Assembly: GCA_047285305.1 (NCBI GenBank)
Contig: JBJBDL010000003.1
Span: 320,001-384,000 of the forward strand
Source of the DNA: Synechococcus sp.
Lineage (GTDB): Bacteria; Cyanobacteriota; Cyanobacteriia; PCC-6307; Cyanobiaceae
DNA length: 64,000 nucleotides
Direction: 5' to 3'
Shown here one piece after another: positions 9,143-21,204 of the stretch. The position numbers and the translations under genes were made by a program. The notes beneath the pieces were generated by a model. That model made no database searches and was not told the origin of the DNA. It saw only the letters and a list, made by a program, of their open reading frames with translations. Positions within the stretch are counted from its first letter, which is position 1. Every line of letters begins with the position of its first letter.

Positions 9143-10797
9143 TGTCTATTTGCTACTACTTTCATCCCGACGGTTATACAACTGCAGGCCGTCAAGTCAT
9201 GGGTCGTCATGTAGCTGGCGAGTCATTCTTAAAAGCTGCTCTAAAACATGGTTCGAAATCTGATCTTTGGATTCAGGTGGAGGATCAGAAGCACATAAAT
9301 ATCTTCAAATCAATTGCCAGATCATGCGGCAGACAAGAAACAATACATACAGTAAACCGTTCATCTTTGGGCAACCTATCTAAACCAGGATGCTTATACC
9401 TTCCGGGACCTAATATTGGCAGCTGGGCTAGGCATCGTTCACAATTCGGTGACAATAAATGGAGCCTTTGTGGAATCACGCACACTACAGCATCCACAAC
9501 AGCAATGGATGCAGTTACAGATATGCTCACAGCACCAATACATCCTTGGGATGCTTTGATATGCACGAGCCGTGCTGTACATAATAATGTTCGTCGTATT
9601 CTCGAAGCTAAAGCAGAATACTTAAGTCGAAGATTAGGCGCATCCAAATTTCCTCTACCAGAGCTACCCGTAATACCACTTGGCGTTGATGCTGATCATT
9701 TTAATCACTCAAAATCATTTACATTAGAGGCACGTCAGAAACTCAATATTGGGCCAGATGATGTTGTTGTATTATTTGTTGGCCGACTCGCTTTTCATGG
9801 AAAAGCTCATCCCTTAGTCATGTATCAGGCGCTTGAGAAAGCGTCATCTTATACTGGACAGAAAGTCGTCTTAATTGAGTGCGGATGGCACGCTAATACT
9901 TACATAGAGAAAGCCTTCGCAGATGCAGCAGCAGCAACCTGTCCCTCCGTACGTTGCATCTATTTAGATGGTAGAAATCCTAATCAACTTGCGCTCAGTT
10001 GGGCTAGTGCTGATCTCTTTTGCTCATTGTCCGACAACATTCAGGAGACCTTTGGAATTACGCCACTTGAAGCCATGGCGGCAGGTCTTCCTGTCGTTGT
10101 GAGTGACTGGGACGGCTATCGAGATACGGTGCGAGATGGCATAGATGGATTTCGCATCCCAACCTGCATGCCGCCTCCTGGCTACGGAAATGAGTTGGCA
10201 TCGCGCCACGCACTCGGTATCGATTCTTACGACATGTACTGTGCACTTACTTCTTCTTTAGTGGCTATTGATCTTGATTACACATCTCAGGCATTCATTA
10301 AGCTTATTTCCTCACGTGAGTTGCGAGAAAAAATGGGAGCCCATGGACGGCAGCGGGTCTTGGAGTTCTATGACTGGAAGGCGATTGTTCCTACATATGA
10401 AAGTCTTTGGTCAGAATTAAAAGCTCGTCGTGATTCTGATAAAGGGAGCTCATGCCAGCCCCATGGATGGCCATCACGTCTAGATCCTTTCTATGGATTT
10501 GCTTCTTACCCCACTAAAAAAATTCAATTAAACAGTCAAATCTATCTTTCTTACCCAGATAGTCATACTTCTATTCGACACTTCCGTCAACTCATTAAGC
10601 TAGATATGGTGAATTATGTTTCAGAACGCATGGCTTCACAGCAAAAGATTGAATCATTACTTTTATTGCTCGGGCAAAATTCAGCCTCGGCTGGATCGCT
10701 CATATCAGCAATCTGCGTGAATCCTGAAGAACAACACGATTTATTTCTTTCAATCGCATGGTTGGTCAAACTTGGTCTAATTAAGATCAAAAGATGA
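9142..10797 (+). CDS. Glycosyltransferase family 4 (long form)
   Basis: ATG overlaps the upstream TAA (TAATG); LFVGRL, ETFGITPLEAMAAGLPVVVSDWDGYRD. Confidence 0.9.
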   Translation: MSICYYFHPDGYTTAGRQVMGRHVAGESFLKAALKHGSKSDLWIQVEDQKHINIFKSIARSCGRQETIHTVNRSSLGNLSKPGCLYLPGPNIGSWARHRSQFGDNKWSLCGITHTTASTTAMDAVTDMLTAPIHPWDALICTSRAVHNNVRRILEAKAEYLSRRLGASKFPLPELPVIPLGVDADHFNHSKSFTLEARQKLNIGPDDVVVLFVGRLAFHGKAHPLVMYQALEKASSYTGQKVVLIECGWHANTYIEKAFADAAAATCPSVRCIYLDGRNPNQLALSWASADLFCSLSDNIQETFGITPLEAMAAGLPVVVSDWDGYRDTVRDGIDGFRIPTCMPPPGYGNELASRHALGIDSYDMYCALTSSLVAIDLDYTSQAFIKLISSRELREKMGAHGRQRVLEFYDWKAIVPTYESLWSELKARRDSDKGSSCQPHGWPSRLDPFYGFASYPTKKIQLNSQIYLSYPDSHTSIRHFRQLIKLDMVNYVSERMASQQKIESLLLLLGQNSASAGSLISAICVNPEEQHDLFLSIAWLVKLGLIKIKR

Positions 10798-10993
10798 CTT
10801 TTAAAATTTCTATTAGAATTCTACCGGCAAAAAGGAAGATCTATCCCTCTAATAATAAACTTTAAATCAATTCCCAAACATTAATTCTTCGCAACAAGAT
10901 ATTCTCGGCCAGGATTTCAGCACTTTGTTGATCCAAGTCTCACATATACACGTGCATAATTCTGCCAATCACCAGGTCGAGGTATGTGGTAGC

Positions 10994-11003
10994 GGGGGGG
11001 GGG
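10994..11003. repeat. G10 homopolymer at the island boundary
   Basis: tggtagc-gggggggggg-acgac. Confidence 0.8.
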
Positions 11004-11254
11004 ACGACTTCAACATTAAAGCATCAAGTATAGTCATCCCAAATGCATGCATAACTTGATAAATTCCCACATTAGAATTTAATCGCGGCCCTGAACATCT
11101 GAGAGTTATAATATTTGCCGATTTTATTCGGACCTACACGCTGTATCTATGCCAAGAATTGCAATTCTGCATCACACTATTTGCTTGCCAACTGAACGCG
11201 GCAGCTAGAGCGAGTGATGCCTTAATCGTAGCTAAGTACGGTTCATCACGAGCT

Positions 11255-12469
11255 TCAATGAGGGTGATCGCAGCTATCCAATCTGCAAAGCAGTGCCTCA
11301 ATAATTCGAACATTCGCCGCGGGGAAAGCGTAATCACCTAAAGCTTCCGGACGAACCCATCGCACCTGCTGACTGGCGAGAGGCTTTGGCTCACCCGAAA
11401 TAAGATCGCAAATATGCACCACAAACCTCAGCCTCTTGTGACTATATGCATGATCTAAGGTAATAAGTTCAACACCGACTTTTACATCAATACCAAGTTC
11501 CTCCTTCAACTCTCGAACAATACAGATTTGGATCGTTTCACCATGCTCTTGTTTGCCACCGGGGAACTCCCACATTCCACCTAGAAGACCTTCCTCAAGA
11601 CGCTGATCGATCAACACCTCTCCCTCAGTGTTAAGTACAACACCCACACCGATGACCTGAAAGGGCAGGGCCTTGGGGGAGTCCGTCACAGGCCAAGAGC
11701 AGGGATCTGAGTAAGCGTAGGCAGCACAGTGCAGCTGCCAGGGGCAGCGATCGCAGGAGGGAGATCGAGAAGTGCAAATCGTCGCTCCCAGATCCATCAA
11801 GGCCTGATTGAAATCGCGAGGCCGAAGCGGATCAAGCAACGCCTCACTCCAGCACCAGAACAGACCTTCATCGCGGGCCGGCGGGCGCGGATGAGCCGTC
11901 AATCGCGCCAACACTCGTTTGACGTTGCCATCCAAGATCGGCTGCCGGGCGTTGAAGGCACTTGAGAGAATGCTGCCAGCAGTGGTGCGTCCGATGCCCG
12001 GCAACGCCATCCACTCCTCCAAGGTGCGGGGCCACGGCCCACCGACCAGCAGCTGGGCCGCCTGATGCAACCGACGGGCCCGCGCGTAGTAGCCAAGGCC
12101 CTGCCACTGCATCCGTACCTCGTCCAAAGACGCCGAGGCCAGCACCTCCAGGGTGGGAAACGTCTCCATCCAACGGGTCCAGTAGGGGAGCGCCACGACC
12201 AACTGAGTCTGCTGGAGCATCACCTCAGCAATCCAAATGCCGTAGGGATCAAGCTCGTGATCAGCCGCTGGACACACACCACCAGGCAACTGCTTCCAGG
12301 GGATACCGCTGCGGCCATGGCTCTCCCACCAAGCCAATAAGGCTGTCGAAAGAACGGATCTATGGGTCTCTGTAAACACGTCAATGAGTTCGCGATTGGT
12401 ATCAGTACAGATCCCGGTGAAACGCGTCAATTCACGTGATTGGCTCGCCAGGATGCACCGGTACAGCAA
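11255..12469 (-). CDS. mutY: A/G-specific adenine glycosylase with C-terminal NUDIX domain (start uncertain)
   Basis: EVMLQQTQ, WQGLGYYARAR, LPGIGRTTA (HhH), DGNVKRV, Fe-S CxxxxxxCxxCxxxxxC, WEFPGGK. Confidence 0.95.
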   Translation of the reverse strand: MLYRCILASQSRELTRFTGICTDTNRELIDVFTETHRSVLSTALLAWWESHGRSGIPWKQLPGGVCPAADHELDPYGIWIAEVMLQQTQLVVALPYWTRWMETFPTLEVLASASLDEVRMQWQGLGYYARARRLHQAAQLLVGGPWPRTLEEWMALPGIGRTTAGSILSSAFNARQPILDGNVKRVLARLTAHPRPPARDEGLFWCWSEALLDPLRPRDFNQALMDLGATICTSRSPSCDRCPWQLHCAAYAYSDPCSWPVTDSPKALPFQVIGVGVVLNTEGEVLIDQRLEEGLLGGMWEFPGGKQEHGETIQICIVRELKEELGIDVKVGVELITLDHAYSHKRLRFVVHICDLISGEPKPLASQQVRWVRPEALGDYAFPAANVRIIEALLCRLDSCDHPH

Positions 12470-13398
12470 GCCAAGGCATGAACCCGAGCCAGTACCTCTG
12501 GAGCTGGAACGAACGATCCATTGGCTGGAGTCTGATGGGCGATCCCAATGCCGAACAGGCAGTGCTGCTTATCCATGGCTTCGGAGCCAACACGAACCAC
12601 TGGCGCTTCAATCATCCCGTGCTCGCCGAACTGCTGCCCACGTACGCCATCGATCTTCTCGGCTTCGGTCGCAGCGATCAGCCCCGGGCTCGCTTGAAGG
12701 ATGAACCCGTTACAGCGGATGCCGTTCATTACGGCTTTGATCTGTGGGGCCAACAGGTAGCTGACTTCTGCGATGCGGTGGTGCAACGGCCCGTGCTGTT
12801 GGTAGGCAACTCGATCGGCGGGGTTGTCGCCCTGCGAGCAGCCCAACTGCTGGGAGAGCGCTGCCATGGCGTGGCGCTGATCGACTGCGCTCAGCGCTTG
12901 ATGGACGACAAGCAACTGGCCACACAACCTTCCTGGATGGCCTGGATCCGGCCGTTGCTGAAAGCGATGGTGCGGCAACGCTGGTTGAGCACGGCACTAT
13001 TCCGAAATGCCGCCCGCCCGGGCGTGATCCGCAACGTGCTGAAGCAGGCCTACCCCAGTGGCGCCAACATCGACGAGGACCTGGTAGATCTGCTGTTCCA
13101 ACCCACACAACGCGAAGGTGCCACTGAAGCCTTCCGTGGCTTCATCAACCTTTTCGACGACCACCTGGCCCCACAACTGATGGAAAACTTGGCTGTACCC
13201 GTCGATCTGATCTGGGGTGAAAGAGATCCCTGGGAGCCAGTCGAAGAGGCCAAGCGATGGGCCGAGACACTGAACTGCGTTCAATCACTTTCAGTAATTC
13301 ACAACGCGGGGCACTGTCCGCATGACGAAGCACCAGATCAGGTGAATCCAGTGCTGCAACAGCTGATTAAGGCAACTGCAACTCAGCAGGCGACATAA
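12436..13398 (+). CDS. Alpha/beta hydrolase (start may be 12478)
   Basis: IHGFG, DLLGFGRS, GNSIGG nucleophile, GHCPHDE. Confidence 0.9.
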   Translation: MIGSPGCTGTASQGMNPSQYLWSWNERSIGWSLMGDPNAEQAVLLIHGFGANTNHWRFNHPVLAELLPTYAIDLLGFGRSDQPRARLKDEPVTADAVHYGFDLWGQQVADFCDAVVQRPVLLVGNSIGGVVALRAAQLLGERCHGVALIDCAQRLMDDKQLATQPSWMAWIRPLLKAMVRQRWLSTALFRNAARPGVIRNVLKQAYPSGANIDEDLVDLLFQPTQREGATEAFRGFINLFDDHLAPQLMENLAVPVDLIWGERDPWEPVEEAKRWAETLNCVQSLSVIHNAGHCPHDEAPDQVNPVLQQLIKATATQQAT

Positions 13399-14390
13399 GC
13401 CTCGACCTGATCACTAACCCGGCGCAGACCAGCCAGACCATCCCGCTCAAGGTTGCGAACGCGGTCACGGCTCATCCCCAGAATCCGGCCAATGCCGGTG
13501 AGGCTCATCGGATCTTCACCATCCATGCCGTAACGCATCCGAAGCACCTGCTCCTGCAAATGAGGCAACTGCCCCAAGAGGCTCCTCAGATCACCCTTAA
13601 GGCAATCTTCTTCCACCTGATCGCTGGGAAGGTCACCATCGCCGGAGAGCAATTCAAGTAGTTCGGTGTCATCACCATCGCCAACTTTCATCTCCAGACT
13701 TACAGGCTGGCGGGCCCGGCACATCAGATCCTTGACGTCGTCTTCCGGAAGCTCAACAAATTCAGCAAGCTCGGTAACAGTGGGCGTACGTCCAAGCTCC
13801 TGACTTAGCTCCCGTTGGCCTTTCTTGAGCTTGTTCAGCATCTCCGTGATGTGAATCGGCAAACGGATCGTCCGGCTCTTCTCGGCAATAGCCCGAGTGA
13901 TGCCCTGGCGAATCCACCAGTAGGCATAGGTGGAAAACTTGTAGCCGCGGGTGGGATCGAACTTTTCCACACCACGTACCAGGCCGATAGTGCCCTCCTG
14001 GATCAGATCCAGAAGTTCCATATTGCGCTTGGTGTACTTCTTGGCAACGCTCACCACCAACCTAAGATTGGCCGCCACCATTCGCTCTTTAGCGCGACGG
14101 CCGTGCTGCAGCTTTCGCTTAAGCTGCATTGACGAAAGACCTGTGGCCTTGGCCAACTGGTCACGACTGGGCTTTTCACCCGTTTTGCTCTCAAGTTCAG
14201 ACGTGAGCGACTCCAAATCCATCAACTCCTGCACCTGCCGGCCCAGGGTGATCTCCTGCTCGTGGGTCAGCAGCGGGACACGGCCGATGTCGCGCAGGTA
14301 AGACCGGACCAGATCAACGTCAGCCGTAGCGGTCTTTGCCGTCTTTGCAGGAGCTTTGGGCTTGGAAGCAGCGGTCGCAGCCGGGGCCAT
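13383..14390 (-). CDS. RpoD/SigA-family group 2 sigma factor
   Basis: DLVRSYLRDIGRVPLL, ANLRLVVSVAKKY, DLIQEG, KFSTYAYWWIRQ, region 4 SRDRVR. Confidence 0.95.
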   Translation of the reverse strand: MAPAATAASKPKAPAKTAKTATADVDLVRSYLRDIGRVPLLTHEQEITLGRQVQELMDLESLTSELESKTGEKPSRDQLAKATGLSSMQLKRKLQHGRRAKERMVAANLRLVVSVAKKYTKRNMELLDLIQEGTIGLVRGVEKFDPTRGYKFSTYAYWWIRQGITRAIAEKSRTIRLPIHITEMLNKLKKGQRELSQELGRTPTVTELAEFVELPEDDVKDLMCRARQPVSLEMKVGDGDDTELLELLSGDGDLPSDQVEEDCLKGDLRSLLGQLPHLQEQVLRMRYGMDGEDPMSLTGIGRILGMSRDRVRNLERDGLAGLRRVSDQVEAYVAC

Positions 14391-14444
14391 GGAGTGCTTC
14401 TTTGAGTTATGTAAAGCGTACTCCTAAGAAACGTAAACAGACTC

Positions 14445-15905
14445 TCAGAAAATGCCCAGAACAAAGAAATGGGTAGAAATACTTGTGGGCTGCATCAGCT
14501 GCGGCAGGTTGCCCAGCAACCACCCCGCCGTCTTCAGGTATATCAGCGTGCCCGCAACATCCGTACAGGTGGTAATGAAAGGGGTGGACATCAGCGCTGG
14601 ATCCAGACCCATGCGGTCAAAAAGCAGCGGAAACGCTGCACCCGCCGTGGCCGCCAGGGTGGTAATCGCCAGCAGGCTCATCCCCACCGAGAGGCCCACC
14701 AAAGCACTCTCCCCGCGCCACCAGGCGAAGGGAACCACCAGCAGCATCATCAACACCCCCAGCAAAGCCCCGGCCATGGCTTCGCGGCCAATCGCCCGCA
14801 GGGGTCCAAGGCTTGAGATGCTCTGGGTGCTCAAACCACGGATCACCACCGTGGAGCTCTGGGCCCCCACGTTGCCGCCGGTGCCACCGAGCAAGGGAAT
14901 AAACGCCGCCAACAGCACCACCTGCTGCAGTACGCCTTCATTGGCGGCGATCACCTCTGAGGTAAAAAAGCTGGCCAGAACCAGCACCGCCAGCCACACC
15001 ACACGGCGACGAGCAACGGTGAACAGGTTGCTGCTGAAGTAATCGTCGTCATCACCGGCCTGAACAGCTCCGGCGGCATAGAGATCACGAGTGGCCTCCT
15101 GCTCGATCACATCGATCACGTCATCCACGGTGACGATCCCCACGAGACGCTGTTCCAGATCCACCACGGGAACGGCAAGGAAGTCGTAACGCTGGATTGT
15201 GCGAGCCACCTTCTCCTGATCGGTGTCGGTGCTGACGCTGAGAACCTCCTCAGTCATCACATCACCGATGCGGGCCTGAGGGTCTGCTGTGACCAGATCC
15301 CGCAGCGAGAGGATGCCAGTGAGGCGTCGCTCCGCATCAGTGATGTAGAGCGAATAGATCGTCTCGGTGTCGCGGGCACGCCGCCGAACGATCTCCAACG
15401 CCACTGCGGCGGTCTGATTTTCCTTCAAGGCGATGTACTCGGTCGTCATCAGGCGACCGGCCGTCTCCGAGCGGTAACCCAGCAACTCAGCGGTCACCTT
15501 TCGCTCATCGGGGCTGAGCTCGCTCAGCAGCTGCCGCACCACCTTGGCAGGCAGCTCCTCAAAAAGACGTGCCCGATCATCCGGCGACATCTCCTCAACC
15601 ACCTCCCGCATCTCGCCGGAACGCAGCAAGCTCAGCAGGCTCTGCTGGGTAGCAGTGTCGAGATATTCGTAGACGCTGATGGCCTCGTCTTTGCTGAGCA
15701 GGCGAAAGGCAATCGCCTGCAGGCTGGCCTGAAGACTGCCGATCGCCTCGGCGATATCCACCGGCTGCACCGGTTTCAGCAGGAGTTTCACGGCGTCGTA
15801 ATTACCCGCCTGAAGCATCGCGGCGAGCTCATGGGACACCGCCTCGGCCAGAAAATCCGGCTCCACGCTCACGCCAGCATTGCTCAGCCCCGATGCCTCC
15901 GTCAT
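14445..15905 (-). CDS. mgtE: Magnesium transporter MgtE
   Basis: TAGRLMTTE, CBS pair, GGNVGAQS, DPALMSTPFITTCTDV. Confidence 0.95.
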   Translation of the reverse strand: MTEASGLSNAGVSVEPDFLAEAVSHELAAMLQAGNYDAVKLLLKPVQPVDIAEAIGSLQASLQAIAFRLLSKDEAISVYEYLDTATQQSLLSLLRSGEMREVVEEMSPDDRARLFEELPAKVVRQLLSELSPDERKVTAELLGYRSETAGRLMTTEYIALKENQTAAVALEIVRRRARDTETIYSLYITDAERRLTGILSLRDLVTADPQARIGDVMTEEVLSVSTDTDQEKVARTIQRYDFLAVPVVDLEQRLVGIVTVDDVIDVIEQEATRDLYAAGAVQAGDDDDYFSSNLFTVARRRVVWLAVLVLASFFTSEVIAANEGVLQQVVLLAAFIPLLGGTGGNVGAQSSTVVIRGLSTQSISSLGPLRAIGREAMAGALLGVLMMLLVVPFAWWRGESALVGLSVGMSLLAITTLAATAGAAFPLLFDRMGLDPALMSTPFITTCTDVAGTLIYLKTAGWLLGNLPQLMQPTSISTHFFVLGIF

Positions 15906-15977
15906 GCCCCTCCGGCCGGGTGCCCAGTGTATGGCCGATACAGCCGGTTAACCTCTGCGCTCCACCCCTGTTAAACC

Positions 15978-16451
15978 ATGGCGATAAGCGTCAGTGGCGT
16001 CTCCGTCACCACCCCAGACGGCAGCAGCAAATCCCTAGGCGACTACGCCGGCAAGGTGCTGCTGATCGTGAACGTGGCCAGCCGCTGTGGCTTCACCAAG
16101 CAGTACGCAGGTCTGCAGGCCCTAAACGAGGCCTACGCCGCCAAGGGCCTGGCAGTGCTGGGTTTCCCCTGCAACGACTTCGGCGGCCAGGAGCCCGGCA
16201 CCCTGGACGAAATCAAGAGTTTCTGCTCCACCACCTACAGCGCTGACTTCGAACTCTTCGAGAAGGTGCATGCCAAGGGGAGCACCACTGAGCCATACAC
16301 CACGCTCAATCAGATGCATCCCGCTGGTGACGTGGAGTGGAACTTCGAGAAGTTCCTGGTGGGCAAGGACGGCACAGTGATCGCCCGCTTCAAGAGCAGC
16401 GTCACCCCAGAAGACCTCAAGACGGCGATTGAGGCGGCTCTGGCGGCTTGA
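15978..16451 (+). CDS. Glutathione peroxidase (Cys type)
   Basis: VNVASRCGFT, GFPCNDFGGQEP, WNFEKFL. Confidence 0.95.
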   Translation: MAISVSGVSVTTPDGSSKSLGDYAGKVLLIVNVASRCGFTKQYAGLQALNEAYAAKGLAVLGFPCNDFGGQEPGTLDEIKSFCSTTYSADFELFEKVHAKGSTTEPYTTLNQMHPAGDVEWNFEKFLVGKDGTVIARFKSSVTPEDLKTAIEAALAA

Positions 16452-16830
16452 ACCGTCGCCCAAGGCTGAATCCCAGGGCTGCGGCACCCAATCCCAGCCC
16501 AAGGGTCAGCCCAATCAAACCCAATGCGGCGGCCCAATCACCGGAACTCAGGTGCTGCATTGCCGCCAGCATCCAACTGCTGAAGGTAGTGAGTGAGCCG
16601 CAGAAGCCAATCCCTAGCAGCAACTGTCGCCGTGGGGCGGCCGGGAGCCCTGCCAGCAAGCCCAACAGAGCAGCCCCAAGAACGTTCACCAGCAGGTTCT
16701 GATCCCCCAGATGCAGGGCAAGCTGCCAGCGCAACAGCGCTCCGGGCACGGCGCCCAAACCAACAAGCAGCAGCTCCTGCAGTTCCAATCGCAAGCTGGG
16801 TTTGGTGTCAGGCATAGGTCCCCAGTCCAT
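16417..16830 (-). CDS. crcB: Fluoride efflux channel Fluc/CrcB (start may be 16815)
   Basis: [22 protein letters not shown]. Confidence 0.85.
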   Translation of the reverse strand: MDWGPMPDTKPSLRLELQELLLVGLGAVPGALLRWQLALHLGDQNLLVNVLGAALLGLLAGLPAAPRRQLLLGIGFCGSLTTFSSWMLAAMQHLSSGDWAAALGLIGLTLGLGLGAAALGFSLGRRFKPPEPPQSPS

Positions 16831-17188
16831 AACCCACAGCTGAAGCCAGTAAGCCCACTCCGATCGAGGCCAGCGCCAGCACCAATGCCGTCAAGGTCTG
16901 GCCAGCCCGCAACTCGTTCAGCAGCTCCACGGCGAAAGTGGAAAAAGTGCTGAGGCTGCCGAAAAAGCCCACCCCAATCAGCAATGCCATGCCTGTGCGG
17001 TCGGCACATGTTTCATTCAGAGCCAACAACAGCCCGAACGCAAAACAGGCCAGCACATTCACCAGGAAGGTGCCCCAATGCTTCTTTGGAACCAAAGGTT
17101 GGAAGTGGTTCACCACCTTCAAGCGCAACCAGGCCCCGGGGATTGCCCCGAGCCCAACCAGGAAAGCCTCAGACGCGGAGCCAGCCAC
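16808..17188 (-). CDS. crcB: Fluoride efflux channel Fluc/CrcB
   Basis: [28 protein letters not shown]. Confidence 0.9.
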   Translation of the reverse strand: MAGSASEAFLVGLGAIPGAWLRLKVVNHFQPLVPKKHWGTFLVNVLACFAFGLLLALNETCADRTGMALLIGVGFFGSLSTFSTFAVELLNELRAGQTLTALVLALASIGVGLLASAVGYGLGTYA

Positions 17189-17473
17189 GGCGTTGATCTC
17201 CAGAAAGGGTTTTCACGTACAACCAGTCTTGGCCATCAGCGGAAGACCAACGCCGCAGCAGCCGCAGGGAGGATCCCGCCTTCAGGGTGTGCAGCCGTGG
17301 AGCCACGGCCAGAGGACTGAGGTGCAGAGGCTGATCGGAACTGATGTGCAAGGGCCCGGTCCCCTCACGGCGGCGGGGGTGCGGTTGACGCCAATCAGCA
17401 CCACCAGCTGGCAAGGCGGCAGGGGCAATCAGCGACACCCCCAGCAGCCAACTCCACCGAAGAACAAGCCCCA

Positions 17474-17474
<1 letters not shown>
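17169..17474 (-). CDS. Small secreted SH3b-like protein
   Basis: [25 protein letters not shown] signal-like start coupled to the gyrB stop; L..G..L......DW.YV.....RGW SH3-like pattern. Confidence 0.65.
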
Positions 17475-19441
<1,967 letters not shown>

Positions 19442-19593
19442 TCAGAAAGTCTCAAGCCAGGAAACCGGGTCATGGGCGGGCGCAACGGCTCTAAACCTCG
19501 ACCTGACAATGTCAATTTACCACCGGCTGTCTATAGAGGCTTGCAGAGACCTCTCAGAGCCCATTCCAAGCCGGGCTGCACCCCCTCACCCTT

Positions 19594-20493
19594 TTGAACA
19601 GCTCCCATCCCCTGGTGATCACCCTGCTCGGGCCCACCGCCAGCGGCAAAACCGCACTGGCGCTGGACATCGCCGAACGGCTGGATCTGCCCGTGATCAA
19701 CGTGGATTCCCGCCAGCTTTACAAGGAGATGGACCTAGGCACCGCCAAGCCAACGGCAGAGCAGCAGGCCCGGGTGCCGCACCACCTCCTCGATCTGCGC
19801 CCACCGGACCAACAGATCACCCTGCAGGAGTTCCAGGCGGAAGCCAATCCCTGCATCTCCCGTGAACTGGAGCAGCGGGGTGTCGCCCTGCTTGTGGGCG
19901 GCAGCGGTCTCTACCTCAAAGCGCTCACCGGTGGCCTCCAACCTCCGGCAGTAGCCCCCCAGCCACAACTACGCCTGCAGCTGTCGGCCCTAGGCCAAGG
20001 CATCTGCCACCCCCTGTTGCAGGCTGCCGACCCCGAGGCCGCCGCCAAAATCGCCCCTGCTGACGCGGTGCGCACTCAGCGGGCCTTGGAGGTGTTCTAC
20101 GCCTCCGGGCAACCAATGAGCCGTCAGGCCACGGCCACCCCTCCGCCCTGGCGTGTGCTTGAACTGGGCCTCAACCCCGCCACCCTGCGCCAGCGCATCC
20201 AGCAACGCACCGAGCAGCTTTACGGCGATGGGCTGGTGAACGAGACCCGGCGCCTGAGCGAGCGATACGGCGCTGACCTGCCGCTGCTGCAGACCATCGG
20301 CTACGGCGAAGCGCTGCAGGTGATCGGCGGCAGCCTGAGCACTGCAGATGCAGTGAGGATCACCAGCCAACGCACCCGCCAGTTCGCCAAACGCCAACGC
20401 ACCTGGTTCCGTCGTCAGCACAACCCCCACTGGCTGGCCGACGAGGCAACGCTGACGGATGCCATGACGTTGATCGAGCAACATCTAAGGTGA
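19594..20493 (+). CDS. miaA: tRNA dimethylallyltransferase
   Basis: [35 protein letters not shown]. Confidence 0.97.
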   Translation: MNSSHPLVITLLGPTASGKTALALDIAERLDLPVINVDSRQLYKEMDLGTAKPTAEQQARVPHHLLDLRPPDQQITLQEFQAEANPCISRELEQRGVALLVGGSGLYLKALTGGLQPPAVAPQPQLRLQLSALGQGICHPLLQAADPEAAAKIAPADAVRTQRALEVFYASGQPMSRQATATPPPWRVLELGLNPATLRQRIQQRTEQLYGDGLVNETRRLSERYGADLPLLQTIGYGEALQVIGGSLSTADAVRITSQRTRQFAKRQRTWFRRQHNPHWLADEATLTDAMTLIEQHLR

Positions 20494-20550
20494 AGGATGC
20501 AGACGTTGTATTCAGCGAAGTTGTCTGCATCTGTCCCCGTCACCGCCTGA

Positions 20551-21204
20551 ATGCCCCCACGTCCCCGTTTTGACCGTCGTGCCCCGGTTCGGGAGCTGCC
20601 CAACATCAATGACCGGATCAACTACCCCCAGTTACGGGTGGTCGACTCAGACGGCGCTCAGCTGGGCGTTATCAGCCGCGAAGAAGCACTGGATGTGGCC
20701 CGCGACCGGGAACTAGATCTAGTGCTGGTGAGCGAGAAGGCTGATCCACCGGTCTGCCGGATCATGGACTACGGCAAGTTCAAGTTCGAGCAGGAAAAAA
20801 AAGCTAAAGAGGCCAAGAAGAAGTCGCACCAGACCGAAGTTAAAGAGGTCAAAATGCGCTACAAGATCGACCAGCACGATTACGACGTGCGGATCGGTCA
20901 GGCCAAACGCTTTCTCAAGGCGGGCGACAAGGTGAAGTGCACCGTGATCTTCCGCGGCCGTGAGATTCAGCACACCGCGCTGGCCGAAACCCTGCTGCGG
21001 CGTATGGCTAAAGATCTCGAGGAAAAGGCCGAGATCCAGCAGGCGCCCAAGCGAGAAGGCCGCAACATGATCATGTTCCTCACACCGCGCAAAACGCCGC
21101 TGGTGAAGAAAGAGGAAAAGGAGCAGGCCGCCAACAAGGCCGTGCGCACCATCCCCTCACCGCCAAAGCCCACCGCCGCCAAGGTCGCCAGTTCCCAGGG
21201 CTAA
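20551..21204 (+). CDS. infC: Translation initiation factor IF-3
   Basis: [34 protein letters not shown]. Confidence 0.98.
   Translation: MPPRPRFDRRAPVRELPNINDRINYPQLRVVDSDGAQLGVISREEALDVARDRELDLVLVSEKADPPVCRIMDYGKFKFEQEKKAKEAKKKSHQTEVKEVKMRYKIDQHDYDVRIGQAKRFLKAGDKVKCTVIFRGREIQHTALAETLLRRMAKDLEEKAEIQQAPKREGRNMIMFLTPRKTPLVKKEEKEQAANKAVRTIPSPPKPTAAKVASSQG

Noticed and set aside
15978..16451. Selenocysteine glutathione peroxidase
   Set aside because: The active-site codon is TGT (Cys); there is no in-frame TGA
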